Assembly (NCBI GenBank): GCA_963843975.1
Contig: CAWJMG010000003.1
Span: 2,100,001 to 2,132,000 of the forward strand
DNA: 32,000 nucleotides
Reading direction: 5' to 3'
Source of the DNA: an uncultured Actinomycetes bacterium
GTDB lineage: Bacteria > Actinomycetota > Actinomycetes > S36-B12 > CAIYMF01
Of this stretch, positions 1 through 8,023 are shown one piece after another (the first letter of the stretch is position 1; each line of letters begins with the position of its first letter). The notes under the pieces are model-generated. The model searched no databases and was not told the DNA's origin. It worked only from the letters and a program-made list of their open reading frames with translations. The position numbers were made by a program, and so were the translations under genes.

Positions 1-1
1 G

Positions 2-454
2 ATCATCGCGTTCGCCAACCTCGCGCGACGCATCTCGCCGCACGAGCTGCCCGACCTCGACGCGAACGAGGTGCAGGGCACCAACCTGCAGCACGCGCTC
101 ATGCTCGCCGGCCGATTCCTCGACAAGCATCCGGACGCCGAGCCCGTCGTGCTCGTGGTGACCGACGGCGAGCCGACCGCGCACCTCGATCGCGACGGGG
201 AGTGGTGGTTCCAGTGGCCGCCGGGGCCGGAGACGATCGAGCTCACGCTCGCCGAGGTCGACAAGATGACCCGCCGCGGCGTGCCGCTGTCGTTCTTCCG
301 CCTCGGCGACGAGCCGCGCCTCGCGCAGTTCCTCGACGACATCGCGCGCCGCAACGGCGGCCGCGTGCTCGCCCCCGAGGGCGATCGCCTCGGCGACTAC
401 GTGGTGAGCGACTACCTCAAGCGCCGCAGCGGCACCCGCCGTCGCTCCGCCTGA
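2..454 (+). CDS. VWA (von Willebrand factor A) domain protein, C-terminal part; 5' end lies outside the window
   Basis: The frame is open from the window edge (ORF track 71..454). The segment VVLVVTDGEPTAH is typical of a VWA core strand. GC3 is high. Confidence 0.75.
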   Translation: MIAFANLARRISPHELPDLDANEVQGTNLQHALMLAGRFLDKHPDAEPVVLVVTDGEPTAHLDRDGEWWFQWPPGPETIELTLAEVDKMTRRGVPLSFFRLGDEPRLAQFLDDIARRNGGRVLAPEGDRLGDYVVSDYLKRRSGTRRRSA

Positions 455-535
455 CCCCTCCCGCTCACACTGATCAATCCGTCGCTTCCCGGCTCCGGAG
501 ACAACGGATTGGTCAGTGTGAGCGGGTGGGTGGGG
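455..535. repeat. Family-A long palindromic intergenic element, copy 1
   Basis: Imperfect palindrome with arms of about 38 nt: CCCCTCCCGCTCACACTGATCAATCCGTCGCTTCCCGG / CCGGAGACAACGGATTGGTCAGTGTGAGCGGGTGGGTGGGG. It starts directly after the VWA TGA and shares its core with 3419-3510 and 15447-15522. Confidence 0.85.
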
Positions 536-600
536 CAGCGTGCGGCGACAGCCACGGGTGAGAGGATGCGCGACGTGCCTGGCGACTGCGTGACCGAGCG

Positions 601-1920
601 ATGAGCGACGGGCGCCGCTCCCCCTTTGCCGCCGCTCGCGCCCAGTGGGACTTCAAGGGTCTGCCGCGCGAGGTCGTCGTGCTCTCCGCCGTCGCGTTCT
701 GCGTGGCGCTCGGGTTCGGCATCGTGGCACCGGCGATCCCGCTCTTCGCCCAGGAGTTCGACGTCACCGCGTTCTGGGCCAGCTCGGTGATCAGCGCGTT
801 CGCGCTGATGCGGCTCATCGGTGCGCTGCCCGCAGGCTGGCTCGTCGACCGCGCCGGCGAGCGCATGACCCTGATCATCGGCCTCACCATCGTGGCCGCT
901 TCCTCGGCCGTCGCCGGGCTGTCCACCACATTCGTCCAGCTGATCGTTCTGCGAGGGATCGGCGGGCTCGGCTCGGCCATGTTCACCGTGTCGGCGCTCG
1001 CGCTGCTGCTGCGCGTCGCAGCACCCGATCAGCGCGGACGTGCCGCCGCGGTGTTCCAGGGCGGCTTCCTGCTCGGCGGGATCGTGGGCCCGTTCTTCGG
1101 CGGACTCGTGCTCGGCATCTCCATCCGGCTGCCCTTCTTCGTGTACGCCGCGACCCTCGGCGCGGCGGTGGTCGTGGTGATCGTGACCTTGTCCCGCACC
1201 CACCTGCTCGACGCCCCGACTGCGGCAGCCACGGACGCGTCCGGCGGTGAGGAAGGGGCGAGGTGGAGGCAGCTACGCATCGCGCTGCGCGACCGCGCCT
1301 ACGTCACGGCGCTGTCGGTCAACCTCGGCAACGGCTTCGCGTCGTTCGGCCTCCGCAGTGCGATCGTGCCGCTGTTCGTCGTGAACGCGCTCGCCCTCCC
1401 GGCCGCGTGGGTGGGGTACGGCGCCTTCGTGTCGGCGCTGGTGCAGGCGCCGTTGCTGTTCATCGCCGGCCCCGCGACCGACACCCGCGGCCGGCGGTTC
1501 GCCCTGATGCTGGGCACCGGCCTCACGGCCGTGGCGTTCGTCGTGCTCGCAGGACTCGAGACGCTGCCCGGCTTCCTGCTCGCCATGGCCGTCTTCGGCG
1601 CCGGCGCTGCCTTCCTCGGGTCCGGCCCCGCGGCCGTCGTCGGGGACATCACGGGCGGGCGCCGCGAGGGCCCGATCGTCGCGACGTTCCAGATGATGAG
1701 CGACCTCGGCGGCGTCGTCGGCCCGCTCCTCGCCGGCGCGATCGTGACGGCCACCGACTCCTACACGCTCGGATTCACGGTGGGCGCGGTAGTCCTGGCG
1801 ATCACGTTCGTCATGTCCGCGACGATGCCGGAGACCCTCGGCCGGGCGATGTCCCAGACTGCCACCGCACCGACGCTCGACCCCGCCACCGAGCCCGAGG
1901 CCCCACCGGCGTCGCCCTGA
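601..1920 (+). CDS. MFS transporter
   Basis: 439-aa ORF with an ATG start and about 12 hydrophobic helices. It carries the MFS motif A-like loop GWLVDRAGERMT. Confidence 0.9.
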   Translation: MSDGRRSPFAAARAQWDFKGLPREVVVLSAVAFCVALGFGIVAPAIPLFAQEFDVTAFWASSVISAFALMRLIGALPAGWLVDRAGERMTLIIGLTIVAASSAVAGLSTTFVQLIVLRGIGGLGSAMFTVSALALLLRVAAPDQRGRAAAVFQGGFLLGGIVGPFFGGLVLGISIRLPFFVYAATLGAAVVVVIVTLSRTHLLDAPTAAATDASGGEEGARWRQLRIALRDRAYVTALSVNLGNGFASFGLRSAIVPLFVVNALALPAAWVGYGAFVSALVQAPLLFIAGPATDTRGRRFALMLGTGLTAVAFVVLAGLETLPGFLLAMAVFGAGAAFLGSGPAAVVGDITGGRREGPIVATFQMMSDLGGVVGPLLAGAIVTATDSYTLGFTVGAVVLAITFVMSATMPETLGRAMSQTATAPTLDPATEPEAPPASP

Positions 1921-2006
1921 TCCGCTCGGTGCGGGGTCCCGGGCCCAGCCCGCCCACGAGTCAACCGGAGCGACGCGGGCCGCATCCGCGCGGCAGACTG
2001 CGCGGC

Positions 2007-2891
2007 ATGAGCCCTGACCTCGTCGTCGACCCGAGCACCAAGCAGTACTGGGACGGCGCGGCCGCCACCCACGGCACGACCTCGACCGACCGCTACTACC
2101 ACCTCGACGACGTGGTCGCGGGCGGCACGTTGATGACTTCGCTCGAGGAGGCCGCGGTCGCGCGCGCCACCGGCGCCGACCCGGCGACGCCGCTCGCCGG
2201 GGTCGCCGGCCTCGACGTCCTGCACCTGCAGAGCCACATCGGCGTCGACGGCGTCGTCATGGCCCGCGCAGGTGCTCGCGTGACATGCGCCGACTACTCC
2301 GCCCCCGCCCTCGGTCGCGCGCAGGAGCTCGCCGCACGGGTCGGCGTCACGATCGAGACGGTCGAGACCGATGCGCGCGACCTGCCGCCGTCGCTGCACG
2401 GCCGGTTCGACGTCGTCTACGCGACCATCGGCGCGATCTGCTGGATCGACGACCTCGACCTCTGGATGCGCCAGGTCGCCCTCGCCCTGCGGCCGGGCGG
2501 TGTGCTCGTCATGGTCGAGCTGCACCCGGCGTACCAGATGTTCGACGAGCTCTCGCCCGAGGTCGTCTGCGACTTCCCGTACGGCGGCGGCGTCGGCTTC
2601 ACCTACACCGGCACCGGCTCGTACGCCGATCCGAACGCGTCGGACGAGAGCACCACCACGTCGTTCGCGCACTCGATCGCCGACGTCGTGATGGGGGGCC
2701 TGCGCGCCGGCCTCACGCTCGAGCACCTCGAGGAGCACGACGCGATCGCCTTCAACCCGCGCGGCGACGAGGTGCTGACGCAGGGCGAGGACGGCCTGCA
2801 CCGCTTCCTCCTCGGCCGTGGCACCCACCCGGGCGAGGCGCCGCAGCCCCTGCCGGTCGCCTTCACCTACCTCGCCCGCAAGCCGTTCTGA
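2007..2891 (+). CDS. class I SAM-dependent methyltransferase
   Basis: The ATG at 2007 is in frame with ORF 1263..2891; the upstream part of that ORF overlaps the MFS gene and is Arg/Pro junk. It has a [25 protein letters not shown] motif-I-like region and a Rossmann-type pattern. Confidence 0.8.
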   Translation: MSPDLVVDPSTKQYWDGAAATHGTTSTDRYYHLDDVVAGGTLMTSLEEAAVARATGADPATPLAGVAGLDVLHLQSHIGVDGVVMARAGARVTCADYSAPALGRAQELAARVGVTIETVETDARDLPPSLHGRFDVVYATIGAICWIDDLDLWMRQVALALRPGGVLVMVELHPAYQMFDELSPEVVCDFPYGGGVGFTYTGTGSYADPNASDESTTTSFAHSIADVVMGGLRAGLTLEHLEEHDAIAFNPRGDEVLTQGEDGLHRFLLGRGTHPGEAPQPLPVAFTYLARKPF

Positions 2892-2915
2892 CGCCGGCTG
2901 CGGCAGGATGGCGGG

Positions 2916-3440
2916 ATGGCCGACGTCCCGTACGAGATCGAGCGCAAGTTCCTCATCGCCGACCCGGACGTCGCCGCGCTGGACGCCGCTGCCTCATCTG
3001 TGTCGCACATCGTGCAGACCTACCTCACGACGGACGACGGGAGCGCCGAGCGCGTACGCCGTCGTCTCGTGCGCGACGCCGACGGCGAGAGGCTGCAGCT
3101 CACGACCACGCGCAAGGTCGCCGTCTCCGCCGGCGTCGTCGAGGAGTACGAGCGCGAGCTCGACCAGGCGGAGTACGACGACCTCCTGCGCCGCAGCGAC
3201 CCCGCACGGCACCCCGTCCACAAGACGCGCTGGGTCGTCCCGTACGCCGGCCGAACGATCGAGGTCGACCACCTCAGGTCGCCGCGGACGCTGTGGCTGC
3301 TGGAGGTCGAGCTGCCCCGCACCGACGACATGTCCGCGGCCCTCGACTTCCCGGCGTGGCTGCAGATCACCGCGGAGGTCACCGGCGACGACCGCTACAG
3401 CAACAAGAACCTCGCCCTCCCCGACACCCCCCATCGCTGA
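2916..3440 (+). CDS. CYTH domain protein (triphosphate tunnel metalloenzyme family)
   Basis: 174 aa. The N-terminal EIERKFL is the ExExK CYTH signature, and later acidic and basic strands (EVDHL, LEVEL) fit the tunnel fold. Confidence 0.85.
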   Translation: MADVPYEIERKFLIADPDVAALDAAASSVSHIVQTYLTTDDGSAERVRRRLVRDADGERLQLTTTRKVAVSAGVVEEYERELDQAEYDDLLRRSDPARHPVHKTRWVVPYAGRTIEVDHLRSPRTLWLLEVELPRTDDMSAALDFPAWLQITAEVTGDDRYSNKNLALPDTPHR

Positions 3441-3510
3441 CACTGATGAATCCGTCGTTACCCGCACCGGGAAGCGACGGATTGATCAGTGCGAGCGATG
3501 GGGGGTCGGG
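3419..3510. repeat. Family-A long palindromic element, copy 2 (overlaps the CYTH 3' end)
   Basis: The left arm CCCGACACCCCCCATCGCTGACACTGATGAATCCGTCG pairs with CGACGGATTGATCAGTGCGAGCGATGGGGGGTCGGG. The core is shared with copies 1 and 3. Confidence 0.85.
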
Positions 3511-3522
3511 CAGGATGACGGC

Positions 3523-4200
3523 GTGACCGCGCGACCGCTGAGCGAGCTCATCGACCCCGGCTGGGCAGCCGCCCTCGCCCCCGTCGCCGACGACATCGCG
3601 CGCATGGGCGAGTTCCTGCGCACCGAGGTCGCCGAGGGCCGCGGCTACCTCCCGGCCGGCGAGAACGTGCTGCGCGCCTTCGCCCGACCGCTGGACGCCG
3701 TACGCGTGCTCATCGTCGGCCAGGACCCGTACCCGACGCCGGGCCACGCGGTCGGCCTGTCGTTCTCGGTCGACCCGGACGTGCGACCGGTGCCGCGCAG
3801 CCTGCAGAACATCTACGCCGAGCTCGCGTCCGACCTCGGCGTCGCGCGGCCGACGTCCGGCGACCTGTCCCCCTGGGCGGACCGCGGAGTGCTGCTGCTC
3901 AACAGGGTGCTCACCGTTTCGCCCGGACGGCCCGGCTCGCACCGGGGCAAGGGCTGGGAAGCCGTGACGGCGCAGGCGATACGGGCGTTGGTCGAGCGGC
4001 CGCAACCGCTCGTGGCCATCCTGTGGGGCCGCGACGCGCAGAGCCTCGCCCCGATGCTCGGAGCGACGCCGGTGGTCGCGAGCGTGCACCCGTCGCCGCT
4101 GTCGGCGTCCGGCGGGTTCTTCGGCTCGCGCCCGTTCAGCCGCGTGAACGCCCTGCTCGTCGACCAGGGCGCCGAACCGATCGACTGGTCCCTCCCCTGA
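3523..4200 (+). CDS. ung: uracil-DNA glycosylase (family 1)
   Basis: GTG start in frame with ORF 2818..4200. It carries the catalytic GQDPYP motif ([21 protein letters not shown]) and the HPSPLS motif. Confidence 0.92.
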   Translation: MTARPLSELIDPGWAAALAPVADDIARMGEFLRTEVAEGRGYLPAGENVLRAFARPLDAVRVLIVGQDPYPTPGHAVGLSFSVDPDVRPVPRSLQNIYAELASDLGVARPTSGDLSPWADRGVLLLNRVLTVSPGRPGSHRGKGWEAVTAQAIRALVERPQPLVAILWGRDAQSLAPMLGATPVVASVHPSPLSASGGFFGSRPFSRVNALLVDQGAEPIDWSLP

Positions 4201-4202
4201 CG

Positions 4203-4264
4203 CGAGTTACTGCCCAAGTCGACGCTGAGCAGGGCCGTTCCACGTCGATGTGGGCAGTTACTCG
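4203..4264. repeat. Family-B hairpin element, copy 1 (bidirectional terminator-like)
   Basis: CGAGTTACTGCCCAAGTCGACG..loop..CGTCGATGTGGGCAGTTACTCG fills the 70-nt gap between the convergent ung and amidase stop codons. The outer stem is shared with the copy at about 25586-25651. Confidence 0.8.
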
Positions 4265-4270
4265 AGCGGA

Positions 4271-5656
4271 TCAGAGGTAGCTGGGGGCGGTGCGCTGCCA
4301 GGGGCGCAGGGCCTCGATGCGGGCGGCGAGGGCGAGCAGCAGGTGCTCCTTGCCGGGGGCGGCGACCAGCTGCACCGACATCGGCGTGCCGGCCGTCGGG
4401 TGGACGCCGGCGGGCACCGACATCGCCGGGAACGACGCGACGTTCCAGGGCGCTGCGAACGGCGCGTAGCGCACGTTGACCGCCATGCTCGTGGCCCAGT
4501 TCTCCTCGCCCCATCGCTTGGCCTCGATCGGTGCCTGCGCGAGCACCGGCGACATCAGCACGTCGTACGTCGTGAGCAGCTCGCCGGCCTTCTGCTTCCA
4601 GGCCTCGCGTGGCTCCTCCTTGAGCATGCCGCGCTCGACGACCTGCTTGCCGAGCGCCGCGTGCGACCGCACGCGCGCCTCGAGCAGCGCCGGGTCGAGC
4701 TTCTCGGCGTCGGCCCAGGTGCCGGCGAACCAGCGTGCGAGCCCGGCGACCGCCGCGGCGTTGGGGTACGTCGGGTCGTGCCGCTCCACCGCGTGCCCGT
4801 CGCGCATGAGCGCCGCGGCGGTGGTGAACAGCGCGCGCACGTGCTCGCGGTCGACCTTCACGCCCTGCACCGGAGGCCGCGTCGAGACGGCGATGCGCAG
4901 CGTCGGCACGTCGCCGAGAACCGCGAGCGACGGGTCGTCCGCCATGACCGACAGCAGGAGCGCGGTGTCGGCCACCGTGGTGCCGAGCGCACCGTTCTCC
5001 GACAGGCCGTACCAGTCGGTCTCGCCGAGGTCGCACGGCACGACGCCGCCGCCGGGCTTGATGCCGACGAGGCCGGTGCACGCCGCGGGGATGCGCACCG
5101 ACCCCATGCCGTCGTTGCCGTGCGCGACCGGCACCTGGCCCGAGGCCACGGCCGCGGCCGATCCGCCGGACGAGCCGCCCGGCGTGCGGTCGGTGTTCCA
5201 CGGGTTGCGGGTGACGCCGTACACCGAGTCGGTCGCGCCGAAGACGCAGAGCTCAGGCACGCGCGTGAGGCCCACGACCACTCCGCCGGCGGCCCGGATG
5301 CGGCGCACGACCTCGTGCGAGCTCGTCTGCGGGTACGCATCGGTGGCGGCCGACCCGACGCGCATCGGCTCACCCTCGACGGGGATGTTGTCCTTGATCG
5401 CCACGGGCACCCCGGCGAGCGGCAGCCCGGCCACGCCGGCGGAGTCGAGGGCCGCGGCCTCGCGGACGGCGGGGTCGCGGCGGACGACCTGGAACGCGCC
5501 GAGGCCCCCGTCGCGCGTCTCGATCCGGCGCAGGGCCTCGCGCGTCGCGTCGAGCGCGGTGAGGCGGCCCGAGCGGACGTCGTCGGCGACGGTGGCCGCG
5601 GTCCAGGTGCGCAGGGACGGGGCGGGAGCGGCGTCGGTGGTCACCGGTCGATCCAA
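4271..5656 (-). CDS. amidase (amidase-signature family)
   Basis: 461 aa. It has the GGSSGGSAAAVA signature and the upstream AIKDN lysine, which is the typical AS-family Ser-cisSer-Lys context. Confidence 0.9.
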   Translation of the reverse strand: MDRPVTTDAAPAPSLRTWTAATVADDVRSGRLTALDATREALRRIETRDGGLGAFQVVRRDPAVREAAALDSAGVAGLPLAGVPVAIKDNIPVEGEPMRVGSAATDAYPQTSSHEVVRRIRAAGGVVVGLTRVPELCVFGATDSVYGVTRNPWNTDRTPGGSSGGSAAAVASGQVPVAHGNDGMGSVRIPAACTGLVGIKPGGGVVPCDLGETDWYGLSENGALGTTVADTALLLSVMADDPSLAVLGDVPTLRIAVSTRPPVQGVKVDREHVRALFTTAAALMRDGHAVERHDPTYPNAAAVAGLARWFAGTWADAEKLDPALLEARVRSHAALGKQVVERGMLKEEPREAWKQKAGELLTTYDVLMSPVLAQAPIEAKRWGEENWATSMAVNVRYAPFAAPWNVASFPAMSVPAGVHPTAGTPMSVQLVAAPGKEHLLLALAARIEALRPWQRTAPSYL

Positions 5657-5700
5657 CTACGCGGACGCCGTCCGCGTCGATCCGGCCCCGGTCGCGGTGC

Positions 5701-6522
5701 TCAGGCCTGGTGCTCGGTCCACTGGCCGCCGTCCCAGTACCGCTGACCTCCGGGGCGGCTCGGGTCCGGGTACCAGCCGGCCGGCGGCATCGCCTGGGCG
5801 GGCGCAGGCGCGGGCGTCGGTGCGACGTACGGCTGCACGGGCTCGACCGTCGTCGGCTGCTCGAAGATCTGCGGCTGCGGGGTCTGCGCGGGGGCGACGT
5901 ACGGCTGCGCGACGCCGGCGGCGGGGTAGCCGTAGGCCACAGGCTTCGGCTTGGACGAGGACCGACGCACGAGGCCCACGATCAGCACGATGAGGCCGAT
6001 GATCCCGAGGATCGTCGCGAGGCCGATGATGACGCCCCAGACGGCGAGACCGGTGAGGGCCGAGAGGCCCGGGCCGACGACGAAGCGCTCGCCGGTGGCG
6101 TCGACCGCGGTCGTGAAGATGCCGCTGGACGGCGTCGTGAAGCTGGCGACCGAGACGAAGGTGTCGCCGTTGTTGGTGTAGGTGTCCGTGATGTCGGTGA
6201 CGTCGGTGACGCTCACGGACGATCCGTCCGGAGCGGTGACCGTCACCTGAGCCGCGCTGAAGCGGGTCGAGGTCGAGTCCAGCAGCTGGTAGACGACGTA
6301 GTTCTTGCCGCCATCGAGCTGGTTGGACGACGTCGCCGGGCTGAGGACGGGCGACGAGAACGCCGACAGCGCCGACGCACCAGCCGCGGCGATTCCCACG
6401 ATGCCGACGATCCCCATGATGAGCGCGCCGACGATGAGCACGGCGCCCGTGATGATCGCGCCCTTGCCCTTGCGCTTCACCGGTGCCTGCGCACCGGGCG
6501 TGAGCGACCACTCCTGCGACAT
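5701..6522 (-). CDS. DUF2510 domain membrane protein
   Basis: The ATG at 6522 is preceded by GAGGAGG. There are two TM segments, a Pro-rich linker and the C-terminal GWYPDPSRPGGQRYWDGGQWTEH (DUF2510 motif). The longer ORF reaching 6600 lacks an RBS. Confidence 0.8.
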   Translation of the reverse strand: MSQEWSLTPGAQAPVKRKGKGAIITGAVLIVGALIMGIVGIVGIAAAGASALSAFSSPVLSPATSSNQLDGGKNYVVYQLLDSTSTRFSAAQVTVTAPDGSSVSVTDVTDITDTYTNNGDTFVSVASFTTPSSGIFTTAVDATGERFVVGPGLSALTGLAVWGVIIGLATILGIIGLIVLIVGLVRRSSSKPKPVAYGYPAAGVAQPYVAPAQTPQPQIFEQPTTVEPVQPYVAPTPAPAPAQAMPPAGWYPDPSRPGGQRYWDGGQWTEHQA

Positions 6523-6648
6523 CGCGTTCCCCTCCTCGAGCGCCCGCGGACCGGGCCCGACTTCATCCTCCACCACCCGCGGCTCCCGCCGCGCGGACAC
6601 CGTCGCCGTGACGCGGAAACGGTCCGTTCGGCCAAGGGCCGCAGGGCG

Positions 6649-8016
6649 TCAGACGGTGACGAGGGCGTCGCGCAGCAGCGTCTCGGCCGCGTCCGGGTGG
6701 TCGGGGGCGAGCAGGCCGGCGGCGGCGACCACGTAGCGCCGATCGACCGTCACGCGCGGCGACGACGGCACCCGCCAACCACCGGCGTGGTCGGTCGTCA
6801 CCGGTGCGAGCACCTCGGCCAGCAGTGCGGGGTCGGCATGGCGGAATACCCCGCCGCTGGCGACGACGAGCGCCACGTGCGAGAGGTCGCGTCCGGGCGT
6901 GCGCCCGTCGACGGTCTCGGACGGTCGCGCGTGCCGGCGCAGTGCAACCGTCAGCGCGAGCCGCGCGATCGTGCCCTCGTCGGCGCGGTCGGCGTCGGAC
7001 GACGGCAGCCACGCCGGGTCGTCGTGCCGCAGCCGCGCCGCCGCCCGCAACGCGTCCGCTTGCGGTCCGGGATCGAGCAGCTTCTCCGCGACGGCAGCGT
7101 CGACGACGCCGGTGGCGCTCCAGCGCATCCCGAGGTCGCCCTCGACCGTGCGGCCGCGCCACATCACCTCGACGACCTCGCGATGCAGCGACGCCTCCTC
7201 GGCGTCCGGCGTGAGCGCCGAGTAGACGTCGGTCGTCGCGCCGCCGACGTCGACGAGCAGCACATCGCCCACTCCGGCGTCCGCGAGCAGCTCGACGCCG
7301 GCGAGCACGAGGTCGGGTGTCGCGCCGCGAACGAGCCGCGCGAACCGCGGACCTGTTGTGAGCCCCTTGCCGCCGATCACGTGGCGCACGAACACGTCGC
7401 GGATGGCCGCACGTGCAGGCAGCGGGTCGAGGACGCCGATGCGCGGCAGCACGTTCGCGCAGGCGACGACCGTGCGGCGCTTGGCCGTCAGCAGCGCCAC
7501 CACGTCGTCGCGCGCGTCGACGTTGCCCGCGACGACGTACGGAACCCGCGGGCCGGACGACGCGAGCCGCGCGGCGTTGTGGAGCAGCACCTCGGAGTCG
7601 CCGCCGTCGGTGCCGCCGACGAGCAGGACGACGTCGGGGCGGTCGGCCTTCAGGGCGTCGAGACCAGTGCGGTCGAGCAGCCCGCTCGAGACGTGCACGA
7701 CCTTGGCACCGGCCGAGAGCCCCACGCGCGCACCGGCTTCCGCCGTCACGACCCGCTCGTGCCCTACGACGGCGAGCCGCAGACCACCGCCCGCCGACGA
7801 GCACGCACGGACCTCAGCAGGATCGCCGCCGATCTCGCGCACGAGAGCAGACACCGCGGAGTCGAGACCGGTCAGCACGTCCTGCCCGGCGCCCACCGTG
7901 GTCGGCACGGAGGCCGTCGCGAGCAGCCGACCGGCGTCGGCACCGCCGACCGCCACGGCCGCGGCCTTCGTGAACGTCGACCCGGTGTCGACGCAGGCGA
8001 CGTACGCCGGGGTCAC
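6649..8016 (-). CDS. GlmL/MutL-like (glutamate mutase L family) ASKHA-fold protein
   Basis: 455 aa with the motifs VDTGSTFTKAA, LLVGGTDGG and VDVGGATTDVYS, characteristic of the GlmL family. It starts 8 nt after the metB stop. Confidence 0.8.
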   Translation of the reverse strand: MTPAYVACVDTGSTFTKAAAVAVGGADAGRLLATASVPTTVGAGQDVLTGLDSAVSALVREIGGDPAEVRACSSAGGGLRLAVVGHERVVTAEAGARVGLSAGAKVVHVSSGLLDRTGLDALKADRPDVVLLVGGTDGGDSEVLLHNAARLASSGPRVPYVVAGNVDARDDVVALLTAKRRTVVACANVLPRIGVLDPLPARAAIRDVFVRHVIGGKGLTTGPRFARLVRGATPDLVLAGVELLADAGVGDVLLVDVGGATTDVYSALTPDAEEASLHREVVEVMWRGRTVEGDLGMRWSATGVVDAAVAEKLLDPGPQADALRAAARLRHDDPAWLPSSDADRADEGTIARLALTVALRRHARPSETVDGRTPGRDLSHVALVVASGGVFRHADPALLAEVLAPVTTDHAGGWRVPSSPRVTVDRRYVVAAAGLLAPDHPDAAETLLRDALVTV

Positions 8017-8023
8017 GCCGGGC

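Noticed and set aside
455-535. Family-A repeats as the terminal inverted repeats of an IS element or a composite transposon spanning 455-3510.
   Set aside because: Each copy is a self-contained palindrome. The genes between copies (MFS, methyltransferase, CYTH) are ordinary, and no transposase or integrase is present in the window. I therefore call them repeats, not a mobile element.
1263-2891. The 542-aa ORF as an N-terminally extended methyltransferase overlapping the MFS gene. The same applies to the 694-aa extension of the GH1 ORF to 27740 and the 303-aa extension of the small membrane protein to 18818.
   Set aside because: The extensions are Arg/Pro-rich and overlap other supported genes or intergenic repeats. 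Internal starts sit at sensible positions, mostly with a recognisable RBS, and match family-typical N-termini.
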